Below are positions 11,050 to 21,401 of a stretch of DNA of 64,000 nucleotides, piece by piece. The notes beneath the pieces are model-generated. The model saw only the letters and a list, made by a program, of their open reading frames with translations. It did not search any database and was not told the DNA's origin. The position numbers and the translations under genes were made by a program. Position 1 is the first letter of the stretch. Every line of letters starts with the position of its first letter. Source of the DNA: an uncultured Rivularia sp. (GTDB lineage Bacteria; Cyanobacteriota; Cyanobacteriia; Cyanobacteriales; Nostocaceae). Where the stretch lies: assembly GCA_963665115.1 (NCBI GenBank), contig OY762007.1, forward strand, positions 1,664,001 to 1,728,000. Direction: 5' to 3'.

Positions 11050-11733
11050 TTAAAGTGTATTTGGGTCGATTCCTTGCTGTTGTAATTTAGCTAAAAGTTG
11101 TTGAAGTTGTTGCTGCTGTTGTACATTTATTTCTTCTGGTGTTTGGTATCTATTCCCATTTTCGTCATACCAAAACAACCATTCTCGCGTTCTCCCTTGA
11201 TAAATTCCTTGTTCTCTTCCAATACCTAAACCTATTTCTGGCATCCAAATTTGATTACCTGGTTGTAGAATATATTCACCGTTAACTAAACGATAAACTT
11301 CTAAACGTTGACGCTTGCGACGTAGACGGGTTGGGGCATAAATAACGTAATATAATATCCCTAATTGGGCATAATCTATTTTTTTCTGTTCGTATTCTCC
11401 GTTGTAGGTTTGAGAGACAACTTCTAAAGTTAAAATTGGGGGAATATTATCTTCTTCCCAAAGCACGTAACTTGAGCGTCCGTTTTCTCCAACAAATCTT
11501 TCTACGTTTAAGCTTAGAAAACCATCGGGAACAATCGGATTTTTGCTGGGTTCGTAATAAACACCCATATTAATTCCAAAATACCAATCATCACGATTTT
11601 GCCAAATTGCTGACAAAATTGCTAATAGTAAATTAGGTATTAGTATTTGTAGTTCGCTATCCACGGGGGTATCGTCAGAATCAGGTAATTCTGCGGAAGA
11701 TGGTAAACAATTTAAGGGATTGTATTGATACAT
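11050..11733 (-). CDS. Uma2 family endonuclease
   Basis: LPDSDDTPVDSELQ, VPDGFLS, LEVVS, REWLFWYD motifs. Confidence 0.9.
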   Translation of the reverse strand: MYQYNPLNCLPSSAELPDSDDTPVDSELQILIPNLLLAILSAIWQNRDDWYFGINMGVYYEPSKNPIVPDGFLSLNVERFVGENGRSSYVLWEEDNIPPILTLEVVSQTYNGEYEQKKIDYAQLGILYYVIYAPTRLRRKRQRLEVYRLVNGEYILQPGNQIWMPEIGLGIGREQGIYQGRTREWLFWYDENGNRYQTPEEINVQQQQQLQQLLAKLQQQGIDPNTL

Positions 11734-11794
11734 AATGTTATCCCTTGATAAAAGGTGTGATTATATTTTACTATTTTTTATAACTTGTTATAAC

Positions 11795-11901
11795 TTGTTC
11801 CTTGTCTCTGGCAAGGAATACAGAAAAGAAGGCTCTGCCTTCCGCTGTGAAACGATGCAGAGCCTCTGATAACGGCATTCCAAGGTAGAATCTTGGAACG
11901 A
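11795..11901. repeat. Palindromic dispersed repeat (GTTCC..GGAA / GAAGGCTCTGCCTTC family); partial copy at ~32428-32475
   Basis: Shared GAAGGCTCTGCCTTC and TTCC-N-GGAA hairpins at both loci. Confidence 0.6.
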
Positions 11902-11928
11902 GATAACGAGATAGTCCAGTACAGCACC

Positions 11929-14109
11929 CTACAAATCTAATTCTAATTGTCCTCCTTGATTCAATTCTAATTCTTGTTGAACGTAGGATACTTTGGATTT
12001 AATTTCATCCATTGATAACCACAGTTCTTGTAATACTTTTTCTTCGGGGATGCGTTTCTTTTCGTCGCGAGTTTGCGGGATAACTTTTAGAGCAACTTCA
12101 AATGTTCGCATGAATAAATCGTTGCTGATTAATCCGGTATTTTTCAAAAATCTGCGGATTGGTTCGATGTTTTCTTCTTCTTGATAAAGGGCAATTATGG
12201 CATGAAGTCCGTCTAATAGATGTTGCGCGGAAAAGTCGTTTTCGTTGACGGAGAATGCGCGTTTTTTGAGTCTTTGTTGGGGTGTTAGTAATTTACAGTT
12301 TCCGCTTTTTGATTCAATTAATTTATGCTTTTTGGCTAAGTCGGAAACGTCAAAACCACCGACAGCTAATGCGAGTTGTCGAGCTTCGTCAAAGGGAAAT
12401 TCGCGGGCTTCAAAGGTGTCCCATGCTAATATATACCATTGGGTTAATGCATCGATGCCGTTGAAATCTTTACCCTGTAATAAGTTTTGCAATCGGTATT
12501 CAACTATCGCTTGACGTACTTCTTCAAATGCTGCTTTGGGTGCGATTTGATTTCCAGCGCTGTCGAGAATAGAGGTATATTTGGTAAATACGCTCAAAGC
12601 TGCACCGAAAGCGGTTAAGCATAAATCGATACCGGGGGGCTTGATGCGGTAATTTGGATTTGCTACTTTGTCAGCATCGGGACGAGAATCTTCGGTGAGG
12701 GATTTTTCGATTTCGGGAGCTTTTTCAAAGACGATATTTCTGATATCAATGCGAACGTCATCCCACCAAGCTTGTTCGGCTTCGGGGTTGCGTTTGCGAC
12801 ATACTAAAAGTACGGTGCTGGATACGGCATTTTTTTGAGCTTGGTGCAGATTTTGGGGATTTTCGGTACTCACAGCCCAAGAAGCGGTAATCTCGAAACC
12901 TGCATCGATGAGAGATTTTGCTAAAACATCCCAAGCACCGGAATCTTTGTGGTTAAATTGTACTGTCATTACGCCATCGTCGCGCAAAACTCGGTGGTAT
13001 TCAGCAAAAGCCATTGCCATTTTTGCTTCGTAGTCTTGGTTAGCGAGTTCTTCGGGGGATATTCCCATATTGCGGAAGCGGGAAGGATTGGCGACGGCTT
13101 CGCGGTCTTTGTCGGTGAGTTCGAGGTAGAATAATTCCGGGAAGATATCGCCGAGGGTGCGTTTTAGCCAGACGTAGAAGAAATCTGAAATATCCGCGTA
13201 GGGAATTGTGCCATAGTAAGGTGGGTCAATAACAATTGCGTCTACATATTTATCAGCAATATGAGTTAAATTATCGGCTGATGCAGCATCTATTTTAATT
13301 ATTTTGGGTTGATATTGTTCGATACCAGGTAAACTTTGAGAACTCGATTTTGTTGCAATTAGACTACATACTTTTTTATAAATTGATTTAAAAGCGTTCG
13401 CAGTAGAAAACCATAGTTCTCCTGCACCACTTGTTTCTGGATAATTCCACATTAAGTTCAATGCGTGTTGCGTAGAAGCTCTTCTAGTAGTAGCCGCACT
13501 TGCCTGCCAATGAGATAATCGACAGTTTTTATCAATACATCTGTCAAATATCATGCTTATATAAACTAAAATTGCTTCTGCTTTATCAAAACCATATTCT
13601 GACAGAATCATTTCTTTTGCATCATTATCCTCCTGCAAATCGGGACCAAATTTCAAGGGATATTCCATTGCTGCTTTCATCGTCACCACAGCAACGGGAT
13701 TTAAATCGGAAGCTAATACATTTAACCCATATCTCGCTGCTTCAAAGGGAATACTACCACCACCCGCAAACGCATCTAATACAGTCGGTGTGCGAGTTCC
13801 CCAAGTCTTTTCACAATAATCCTGTACTTTCTTAATCCTTGTGGAACTTGGTGGAGTTTTGTAAAGCTTGACTTCCTTTCCCGGTACCAACCCCAATAAA
13901 TGCTCAAATTCCTGCATCGTCACATCTGCTGGTAACAAAGAAGCCAAAACCGAAGCGCGACTAAACGACAAAGGCTTGCGAGAATACCATCTATGTAAAC
14001 CCTTAAACGGATTTCCCCCATGCTCGTAATATACCTGCTGATTAAGCAATTGTACCGGCATCATTTTCTCGATGAACAGTTGGGGACGTTCGGGGGTTGG
14101 GTTGGACAT
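11929..14109 (-). CDS. DUF1156 adenine-specific DNA methyltransferase, probably internally deleted
   Basis: LHRWYSRKPL, DAFAGGGSIP (SAM binding), DPPY catalytic motif; abrupt junction GPDLQED/NDAKEM near 13627. Confidence 0.85.
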   Translation of the reverse strand: MSNPTPERPQLFIEKMMPVQLLNQQVYYEHGGNPFKGLHRWYSRKPLSFSRASVLASLLPADVTMQEFEHLLGLVPGKEVKLYKTPPSSTRIKKVQDYCEKTWGTRTPTVLDAFAGGGSIPFEAARYGLNVLASDLNPVAVVTMKAAMEYPLKFGPDLQEDNDAKEMILSEYGFDKAEAILVYISMIFDRCIDKNCRLSHWQASAATTRRASTQHALNLMWNYPETSGAGELWFSTANAFKSIYKKVCSLIATKSSSQSLPGIEQYQPKIIKIDAASADNLTHIADKYVDAIVIDPPYYGTIPYADISDFFYVWLKRTLGDIFPELFYLELTDKDREAVANPSRFRNMGISPEELANQDYEAKMAMAFAEYHRVLRDDGVMTVQFNHKDSGAWDVLAKSLIDAGFEITASWAVSTENPQNLHQAQKNAVSSTVLLVCRKRNPEAEQAWWDDVRIDIRNIVFEKAPEIEKSLTEDSRPDADKVANPNYRIKPPGIDLCLTAFGAALSVFTKYTSILDSAGNQIAPKAAFEEVRQAIVEYRLQNLLQGKDFNGIDALTQWYILAWDTFEAREFPFDEARQLALAVGGFDVSDLAKKHKLIESKSGNCKLLTPQQRLKKRAFSVNENDFSAQHLLDGLHAIIALYQEEENIEPIRRFLKNTGLISNDLFMRTFEVALKVIPQTRDEKKRIPEEKVLQELWLSMDEIKSKVSYVQQELELNQGGQLELDL

Positions 14110-14221
14110 GGGTGCGGGAGATTGGTAATTTTTAGATCATGTATATTGTAGTGCTTACCACGCAAACCGAAACTTATAAAAATATGCAGTCTTTTATAAT
14201 AAACTAAAACAAGGATTAATC

Positions 14222-14833
14222 ATGGCTCAATCATTAACCAAATTAATTACAGTGCAAGAATTTCTGGAAACTAAACCAGAAAAGGGACGCGATGAATTGC
14301 ATAATGGAGCAATAGTTGAAATGGCACAGCCCATAGGGGAACATGAAGAGGTAACAGGCTTTTTAACTATTGAAGCTTCTGCCGAAATCAAGCGCTTGCA
14401 ATTACCGTATTCAATTCCTAAAACAGCACTAGTGCGATCGGTTAGTAACGAATCAGCGTATTCTCCAGACTTGTTAGTACTGAATAAACCGGCTTTAAAA
14501 TCCGAAGAATTATGGACAAAATATTCTACAGTACAGTTAGGTGCTTCAATCCCTTTAATAATTGAAGTTGTTTCTACAAACTGGCGCGATGATTATTATA
14601 GAAAGCTAGGTGAATATGAGGAGATTGGTATACCTGAATATTGGATCGTAGACTATTTAGGATTAGGTGGAACCAAATTTATCGGTAAACCAAAACAACC
14701 AACTGTGTCTATTTATAATTTAATTAATGATGAATATCAAATTGCTCTATTCCGAGGAAATGACCGGATTGTCTCTTCCACTTTCCCGGAGCTAAATCTC
14801 ACCGCACAACAGATTTTTGATGCCGGAAATTAA
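14222..14833 (+). CDS. Uma2 family endonuclease
   Basis: ELHNGAIVEM, YSPD, IEVVSTNW, IPEYWIVD motifs. Confidence 0.9.
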   Translation: MAQSLTKLITVQEFLETKPEKGRDELHNGAIVEMAQPIGEHEEVTGFLTIEASAEIKRLQLPYSIPKTALVRSVSNESAYSPDLLVLNKPALKSEELWTKYSTVQLGASIPLIIEVVSTNWRDDYYRKLGEYEEIGIPEYWIVDYLGLGGTKFIGKPKQPTVSIYNLINDEYQIALFRGNDRIVSSTFPELNLTAQQIFDAGN

Positions 14834-14867
14834 CAATTACCAATCCCCAATCCCCAATTACCAAAAA

Positions 14868-15296
14868 TCAATCTCCTAACAATACCCGAATTGCTTTTAA
14901 AGCAGTCCGTTTTTTACCGTTACTAACTTTTGCAAACCAATAATGAGATTCTTCGTTACTCATTTCTTTAATTCCAGTAGCAATATTAGCTATTCTTTCT
15001 GGTTTAGAAAGCGGTTGTAATGTTTGAATCAGTAAAGCCAGATTTATTCCCGTTTCTTCACTAACTATATAAGGTGTTTTACGAGTATTATTTAAGGTTT
15101 TGGGGTCGTAATTATTCGCTTTTAAACAATCGTATATCGCTTGCTTTGCCATAATTAAAGCATTACCTTTTAAACGTCCAATCCGTTTCGCAGAAGGACG
15201 TTTTTTTTCACCAGCTTTTTTATAAGCACACTGGTATAATTCCAAGGCAAAATTATTGTTATCTATGGGAACTACACGTAATTGGAATTCTTGCAT
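14868..15296 (-). CDS. DUF3780-like small subunit of the restriction-like system
   Basis: Lies between DUF499 and DUF1156 genes; C-terminal MSNEESHYWFAK..ALKAIRVLL. Start moved to ATG 15296 because the longer ORF runs through repeats. Confidence 0.6.
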   Translation of the reverse strand: MQEFQLRVVPIDNNNFALELYQCAYKKAGEKKRPSAKRIGRLKGNALIMAKQAIYDCLKANNYDPKTLNNTRKTPYIVSEETGINLALLIQTLQPLSKPERIANIATGIKEMSNEESHYWFAKVSNGKKRTALKAIRVLLGD

Positions 15297-15411
15297 TTTT
15301 GAGGAATTGGGAATTTGTAATTGGTGAACCAGTGTGGTCTTGGGGGTCTCCCCCATGAACAACTGGTGAACCCGAAGGGTAATGGGTAATGGGTAATTAA
15401 ACATTGCTGGT

Positions 15412-15436
15412 GTAGAGACGTTATATATAACGTCTC
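15412..15436. repeat. GTAGAGACG-type REP-like palindrome (other copies 29865-29891, 53202-53225)
   Basis: GAGACGTTA..TAACGTCTC hairpin; three related copies in the window. Confidence 0.7.
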
Positions 15437-15499
15437 CCAAAGTTTACCGAAAAAACCAACCAGTGAAAATAAATTTAATTAACTACTAAATGATTACAA

Positions 15500-18400
15500 T
15501 TAATAAGTTACCTTCACTGCTAAATTTAACCTGTCAACCGGATTACGATTAAGGGCACCTTTGATAATACTAATTTCTGAGCCTTCTGGTTGCACTGCAC
15601 AGGAAAATTTAATTTCCAGCTTCAACATGACATCGGCTTGAGCATCTTGATTATTCAACAATGCGTTTATCGCTGCTTGGAAGCTTTGAAACCCTTTTAC
15701 CGCTCCTTGGTATTCTAATCTGACAAACTGTTCCCCGGCGCGAATGGTTGCCAATTGATCGATTTCTATGGGAAGCTTCATTAATAATGGTAAAGCCGTC
15801 ATCAATTTACGGTAGTCCATTACTTGATCTACGGATATGGCGATAAATTCGATACCAGTAATTTTGTCATCGTGAATGCGATCGACTAATTGATTAAATA
15901 CAACATTTGGGGTTCCTTCTAAATTAAATTCTGCTGGTTTTGCTTTAAATAAATCAAGATTATCCCATGAATCACTACCGTTTTCGTTACTGGTAGGATT
16001 TGGCTGAATATTATTTCCGTATATGGTTATTTGATTTTCTTTTTCGACTATTTCACCATTACCGTAGTCGGCAACTATTTTAAAGTTTGTGGTTTTATCA
16101 ACTTGAGCTTCGTATTCATCGCTGGGACGAAATTCTCCTGCTATCAATTCCCCATCTTGATAAAGTGCAATTTTCAAAGCTCCCGATGCTTTCCACCTTA
16201 CTTTTACAGGTTTAATTGAATCTGTACTATTCATTAACTGAGTAGAAAGTTGAATTTCTCGGGGTTTGGGTAATTCTAAAATTCCCCGACGATAAAGCAC
16301 CATCCTTTCAGAAAATTCAATGGTGTCGGGTAAATTCAAGTTCCCATCCGGGGTTTTTATAAACATCTTTTCTCCCACCTTCATATCCCAACTACCATTT
16401 TGCAAACCAGTACGGATGGTATCTCGCAATTTAGAAACTTCTGCATCAAGCAGGATATTTAAACCCAAATTTTTGGCGAATTCTTCTCGTAAAGCTTTGG
16501 TTGTCCAATGTTGTAATCCCGCTAACCAAACTTTCTGTAATATATAAGCTGGTGCATAAGGTGAAGCATTTTCCGAACGAATTTTCTGACAATCTTTAAG
16601 AGCTTTTAAAATCGCATCCTGCTGATTATTTTTACCTTTAACATCGCTAGCATCTTGCGCTGGTAAAGTATAGTGCATTAACCCTTTTGGTGCTTTTACT
16701 TGGTCGTTAGCAGCATAAAATAAATGACGATAAGCATTAGTTAAAGATATTCTCACCTTTAAATCAAATTCCCCTTTCTTTTGTCTTAATTGCTTCTGCT
16801 GACTTTCTGACAAATCTTGTAATCTATTAGCTGAATTGAGAATATTTAATATCGCCAAATATTCCCTCGCATTATTAATTGCTATATCTAATTGACTCTT
16901 ATTAGCAGTTAAAAATAACAAGCGATTTCTATAAGTGCGAAACTTTCCAGATTCTCCAGTTTCACCAAATATTTTTTCTACAAGTAGCGGCGCACCTTCA
17001 GTTGTAGCAGAAACTGTTGCTTCGTTAAAATCAATGATACATAACGCAATATTATCGGCAACATCATCTACATCTCCCGGTGATTCTGGTGCAGAAACTA
17101 ATTTAAATAACCTTTCTGCAAAAATAGTATCTCGACGTTTTCTTAACTCATCTTTAGCTTCAGTTTTACCAATTTGCTGCTTTTCTTCCGAAATAATCTT
17201 ATTAATTGATGGTTCTTCTTTAAACCTAGCAATAGAAGTAATACTGTCATTTTCTAAATACCAAGCAACAGTACTCAATCTTTCCAAAGCAGTATCAACA
17301 AAACTAGTTCCTAACCCCGGAGTTAATAATGATAAATTTAATTCAGTACGTCTAATGCCCGCAACCACACCTTGATTAATCGAATGCAAAAAAATGGTTC
17401 TTGCTACCCAAGAAGAAAAAGCAGGTTTACCAGCAGCTTTCCATTCACCATCTTGGATTTGAGCGTGTGCTTCTCTCCCATCTGCATTATATATGTCAGC
17501 GGATATCGCCAAACGTAACAAAGGACGTTCTAAACGTGAAGTTAATTCGCTGGTAATTTCTTCTTCTATTCCAATAGGAATATGATGGGGATGAATTAAA
17601 GGTATCCAATTATTTGTTTTATTTCCCGAATTTGAACTATTCCACAAATAACGAATAACCCTCGCAAATAATCGTAAAGCACCCCGAGTACGTTGGAAAT
17701 TTTGAATAGAAGCGATTTTTTTATTAAGTAAACTAAAAAGTTCGGGATGGAAGGGATAACTTGCTTCTATAGTGTCAGCGTAACGGGAATCTTTACAACC
17801 ATCGGGTAAACTAACGCTGCTAGCTTTATAACTTTGCAAATATTCCTTTGCTGCATTTTTACCTGCTTCGGTGTCAATACTAGCAAATAAACGCTGTTTC
17901 ACAATATTATAAATTTCCACATCAGTACTAGGTTTTAGAACCCTTTCCTGTCGTGCTGAAGCTGAAATCGCTTCTTTTATTTCCGTAGTTTCTTCCCCGA
18001 AGCTATCACCAGAATCAGCCAAAGTATAAACAAAAATTAAATTATTGCTAGAAGCTGCTAAATCCATCAAAGAAAATAAAAAAGCAACTACCTGCTGTGC
18101 TAAATCGCTTTTACCAACTCCTACCGCTTTACTAACTCGTAAATGTTGAGCAATTTCATCTAAAATTATTACAGTCGGTTGTCCTTGAATAATTCTTTCT
18201 AAAACAGCAGTACCGGGGCTAACTCGCTGCTCGTCGGAACCCTTGAGCAAACTATAACCATCAATCCCCCCGATTTGGTAAGCAATTTCACCCCAAATCG
18301 TGTACGTCGTAATACCTGTATCTGCGTGCAAAACTCCTTCCACCGGAGTCAAATCTTGACAGGCGATCGCCGCTACCTGAATAGGGGGACGTTGTGGTAT

Positions 18401-18751
18401 TACATTTAAGTCAGCAAAACGTTCTAAACCGGGAATTTCTCTACCATTTTTAGCAATATGCCATAAAGCAATTTCATCGTGAGTTTTACCACCACCAAAA
18501 CTAGTTTCCAAACGGATAATCGGAGAACCCACTTTCTCACCAACCAAACGTCCGAATACTTCCGAAATCAAAGTTTTTAATCCCTCAGTAGCAAAAGTAT
18601 TACTAAAGAAAGTTGTAGAATCTTGGTAGACATGGGGAGCTTTACCTTCAGTAACTAACTTTAACTTCGCTGCAAATAAATCTAGTGAAAGTTCTCCGGC
18701 TAATATTTCCGCTCTAGGAACGCAGGTTTTAAATATAGAAGGTAGCTGCAT
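15500..18751 (-). CDS. DUF499 AAA+ ATPase of the restriction-like system
   Basis: TSFGGGKTH Walker A, IILDE Walker B, YPFHP, FQRTRGALR; 1083 aa. Confidence 0.9.
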   Translation of the reverse strand: MQLPSIFKTCVPRAEILAGELSLDLFAAKLKLVTEGKAPHVYQDSTTFFSNTFATEGLKTLISEVFGRLVGEKVGSPIIRLETSFGGGKTHDEIALWHIAKNGREIPGLERFADLNVIPQRPPIQVAAIACQDLTPVEGVLHADTGITTYTIWGEIAYQIGGIDGYSLLKGSDEQRVSPGTAVLERIIQGQPTVIILDEIAQHLRVSKAVGVGKSDLAQQVVAFLFSLMDLAASSNNLIFVYTLADSGDSFGEETTEIKEAISASARQERVLKPSTDVEIYNIVKQRLFASIDTEAGKNAAKEYLQSYKASSVSLPDGCKDSRYADTIEASYPFHPELFSLLNKKIASIQNFQRTRGALRLFARVIRYLWNSSNSGNKTNNWIPLIHPHHIPIGIEEEITSELTSRLERPLLRLAISADIYNADGREAHAQIQDGEWKAAGKPAFSSWVARTIFLHSINQGVVAGIRRTELNLSLLTPGLGTSFVDTALERLSTVAWYLENDSITSIARFKEEPSINKIISEEKQQIGKTEAKDELRKRRDTIFAERLFKLVSAPESPGDVDDVADNIALCIIDFNEATVSATTEGAPLLVEKIFGETGESGKFRTYRNRLLFLTANKSQLDIAINNAREYLAILNILNSANRLQDLSESQQKQLRQKKGEFDLKVRISLTNAYRHLFYAANDQVKAPKGLMHYTLPAQDASDVKGKNNQQDAILKALKDCQKIRSENASPYAPAYILQKVWLAGLQHWTTKALREEFAKNLGLNILLDAEVSKLRDTIRTGLQNGSWDMKVGEKMFIKTPDGNLNLPDTIEFSERMVLYRRGILELPKPREIQLSTQLMNSTDSIKPVKVRWKASGALKIALYQDGELIAGEFRPSDEYEAQVDKTTNFKIVADYGNGEIVEKENQITIYGNNIQPNPTSNENGSDSWDNLDLFKAKPAEFNLEGTPNVVFNQLVDRIHDDKITGIEFIAISVDQVMDYRKLMTALPLLMKLPIEIDQLATIRAGEQFVRLEYQGAVKGFQSFQAAINALLNNQDAQADVMLKLEIKFSCAVQPEGSEISIIKGALNRNPVDRLNLAVKVTY

Positions 18752-19046
18752 AATAGATTGTTTAGTTTTTTCTTTTTTAGTTTTTAATTATACGCCTTGT
18801 ATAAGCGTAATTATGTAATATGCCGTTCAAAATTACCGTTTTATGCAGTTCATTCTATTCTAAGACAGTACCACGATGCATCATAGCTATCCCTCACTCG
18901 ACAATATATGATGTGTGGCAACGAAAATATTATGCGATTATTCAATTACTAGCAGATACGTATAGCTACATTAACGAGGTAAAACTTAAAATCTTCCGGT
19001 TAAATAATACGGGAACTTGCGACAGAACTTAATTGTAGGTTCTTTC

Positions 19047-19538
19047 TTTTACCCAATAACAAATTGTATTTGGTTGAAAAGAAATTAATGCTTATAAACA
19101 AGTATCGATTTCAACAAGCAACTATAATGATTGGGGAAAAATAATGATTCAAGTAATTGATTCAGATCGGATATTCGTTTCAAACTTAAAACAATTCATC
19201 AGTAAAGCTGACAAATTTATCAAAACATATTACTCAGGTGTCAGCGATGAAAATCAAGTTCAAGAAATAGTGCAAGAATTGAAAAATTTAGTATTGGATA
19301 CAGATTTGAAACAATTGGAAATTGATTACCAGAACTATTGTGAAATTAAAGACTTGATGGGAGATTGCGATGAATCGGCTTGGTTTTGACTGGATGTGAA
19401 AGGTTGATTTATTCTTCTACTGCACCTAATGCTTTGAGTGTGGAGATTTCGGCTTCGGTTAACCCTTTGACACCTGTGATGTTCATGCGTTCGTAAGGGC
19501 GATCGCTTTTTAGGGTTTTGAGACATTTGCCGGTTTAA
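19047..19538 (+). repeat. Left copy of a ~490 bp direct duplication (right copy 48966-49457)
   Basis: High identity by eye. Contains an 81 aa ORF and the last codons of the NACHT-WD40 gene. Confidence 0.9.
19144..19389 (+). CDS. Hypothetical protein (duplicated at 49062..49307)
   Basis: 81 aa; ORF is open in both diverged copies. Confidence 0.6.
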   Translation: MIQVIDSDRIFVSNLKQFISKADKFIKTYYSGVSDENQVQEIVQELKNLVLDTDLKQLEIDYQNYCEIKDLMGDCDESAWF

Positions 19539-19673
19539 GTATTGCTAGTATCAAGAGCTACGTCAATTAGTAATGTCCAGTGTAGCATCTCCTAATACTT
19601 AATTAAAATTAAGGATTTTTACTGAAAAGCAGCAAAACAAGATGTAGGTATTATTAACGACAGTATATGCCGA

Positions 19674-20432
19674 ATGCTGTTTAAGATACCTAGATTCAAA
19701 TTAAATATGCAAAATAGTTTTTTTCAAGCAGCGAAGAGGTTTTTTAACCCAGAAACCTTAATTCCCTTTTTGATCGGGTCAATTGTTTTGTCCTTACTGG
19801 GTAACGCTATTAGTGACATATTAAAAGCAATTGTTGGCGATACTTTACAAGACGCAGTTAAAATTGCGATCGGCTCAGTATTAATTTTTATATTTTGTGT
19901 TTGGTTAGTAGCGAAATCATTAACGACAAATTTAGCACCGATAGATTTGGGTAAATCTTCTCCTCGCAAACATAAGGGGTTGATATTATTAGTCAGTCGA
20001 GAAGAACCCTGTCGCACAGCAATAGAACATCATCTACCCGAACTAAAATATTGCTGGTTGATTTGTTCTTCCCAAACTATCAACGTTGCGAAAAAACTAC
20101 AGCAAGACTTTCCTAAATTGATAATTCCCGAACCATTAGTAATCAAAGATGTGTATGACCCGGTAGAATTTTCTCAAGTGGTTATGAATGTTTACGATTG
20201 TCTTCCTAGCCGTTGGACAAAAGATGATATTATCGCTGACTTCACGGGAATGACTGCTCAGGGTAGTGTGGGGATGACAATTGCATCTTTATTAATGCGA
20301 CAATCAAAGTTGCAGTATACTCCAGCAGAATCAAGAGATGGTAAACCTACTGGAAATTCTTTAAATCCGATTGAAATTGCGTTAACGGAAAGAAGATTGG
20401 CACGGAGCAAGAAATTGAAAGAAGTTTATTGA
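19674..20432 (+). CDS. Transmembrane CARF-domain protein (Cam1-like putative type III effector)
   Basis: Two N-terminal hydrophobic helices; KGLILLVS, WLICS and IIADFTGMT..SVG CARF-like motifs; next to the cmr locus. Confidence 0.7.
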   Translation: MLFKIPRFKLNMQNSFFQAAKRFFNPETLIPFLIGSIVLSLLGNAISDILKAIVGDTLQDAVKIAIGSVLIFIFCVWLVAKSLTTNLAPIDLGKSSPRKHKGLILLVSREEPCRTAIEHHLPELKYCWLICSSQTINVAKKLQQDFPKLIIPEPLVIKDVYDPVEFSQVVMNVYDCLPSRWTKDDIIADFTGMTAQGSVGMTIASLLMRQSKLQYTPAESRDGKPTGNSLNPIEIALTERRLARSKKLKEVY

Positions 20433-20485
20433 ATTGATCTAATATCTTCGCAATACAATTCGTCTTAGTGTATTAACAGGTATTG

Positions 20486-21037
20486 TTAGTTGAATAACCT
20501 TTTTACCGAAACCTTTATTTCTTCAAACGCAATTGGATTTATCTCACCCGATGTAAGAGTTGTTTCTTCAATGTAATTTCCGTTAACCGGGTTGCGAAAA
20601 ACTTTAACGAGGCGATTTTTTAAATCCACAACCCAATATTCTTTAATTCCTGCTCGGGCATAAGCTTTCCGTTTCGTGTCTAAATCTTTACTCAAACTAG
20701 TATTCGCATATTCAATAACCCAGAAAATATTTTCTGGATATGGATGACGAGTTCGGTAAAGTTGTCGATTTGGTTGAACAATTGCTAAATCTGGTTCTGG
20801 TTCGGAATTTGTCTCTGGTATTGTTATGGGCTTTGCGTCACGTATAAGTGCTTTTTCTCCGAGTAGAGAACGTAAATAGTCCGCAGCATCCGTACTAGAC
20901 TGCGCGTGTTCTGGCCCTTCTGGAGGCATTTCTACGATTTCTCCATTTAATAATTCAACCTGACGACCATAAATAAGACCAACTTCAATCATTCGGTGAT
21001 AGTCATCAAGCGACCATTTGGCAGTAGTGACGGTCAT
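20486..21037 (-). CDS. Uma2 family endonuclease
   Basis: VELLNGEIVEM, SEPEPD, YARAGIKEYWVVD motifs. Confidence 0.9.
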   Translation of the reverse strand: MTVTTAKWSLDDYHRMIEVGLIYGRQVELLNGEIVEMPPEGPEHAQSSTDAADYLRSLLGEKALIRDAKPITIPETNSEPEPDLAIVQPNRQLYRTRHPYPENIFWVIEYANTSLSKDLDTKRKAYARAGIKEYWVVDLKNRLVKVFRNPVNGNYIEETTLTSGEINPIAFEEIKVSVKRLFN

Positions 21038-21217
21038 CTTTAAATATTGTACAAATCGGATGGGACATTTATATTATATTTTAGGGGTCGGAGATAGTTT
21101 TTTAAACAAAAGCCCGGTAAAAACTAGACACAAAGAAGCAAACGTTTTAATATTTGATTATCAGCTTGATAGTTGAAAACGCTACTTGTACATCTAAAAC
21201 CTGATTGGTTTGAGTTC

Positions 21218-21326
21218 TTCCGCCGACTGGATTAAGTCGGATTAGTTGGAAACGTATTACTTTTTTAATCTGAGATTAATTTCTAAAATCTTCCACTGAC
21301 TGGATTAAATAGAATAATGAAAAAAC
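21218..21326 (+). CRISPR. Single-spacer mini-array with variant repeats
   Basis: TTCCGCCGACTGGATTAAGTCGGATTAGTTGGAAAC (30/36 to the main repeat), a 37 nt spacer, then a degenerate repeat at 21291-21326. Confidence 0.8.
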
Positions 21327-21357
21327 CCTCTAAATCTCAAATTAGAAGGTTTTTTTG
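21320..21357. terminator. Probable bidirectional intrinsic terminator
   Basis: AAAAAACCCTCTAA..TTAGAAGGTTTTTTT between the convergent mini-array and cmr operon. Confidence 0.6.
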
Positions 21358-21401
21358 TTTTAGTTATAAGTTGGAATCGCAAATCCATTTTGAAAGCAAA
21401 A

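Noticed and set aside
15297..15440. N-terminal 48 aa of ORF 14868..15440
   Set aside because: Runs through REP and STRR repeats; ATG 15296 is the more plausible start.
11993..17375. Plus-strand ORFs overlapping the DUF1156 and DUF499 genes (likewise those over cmr, WD40 and recD2)
   Set aside because: Antisense or alternate-frame shadows of well-supported genes, with no motifs.
21254..21290. Mini-array spacer targeting the cas10 start region (~28570-28590)
   Set aside because: Only a short low-complexity TTACTTTTT match, and in the same sense as the mRNA.
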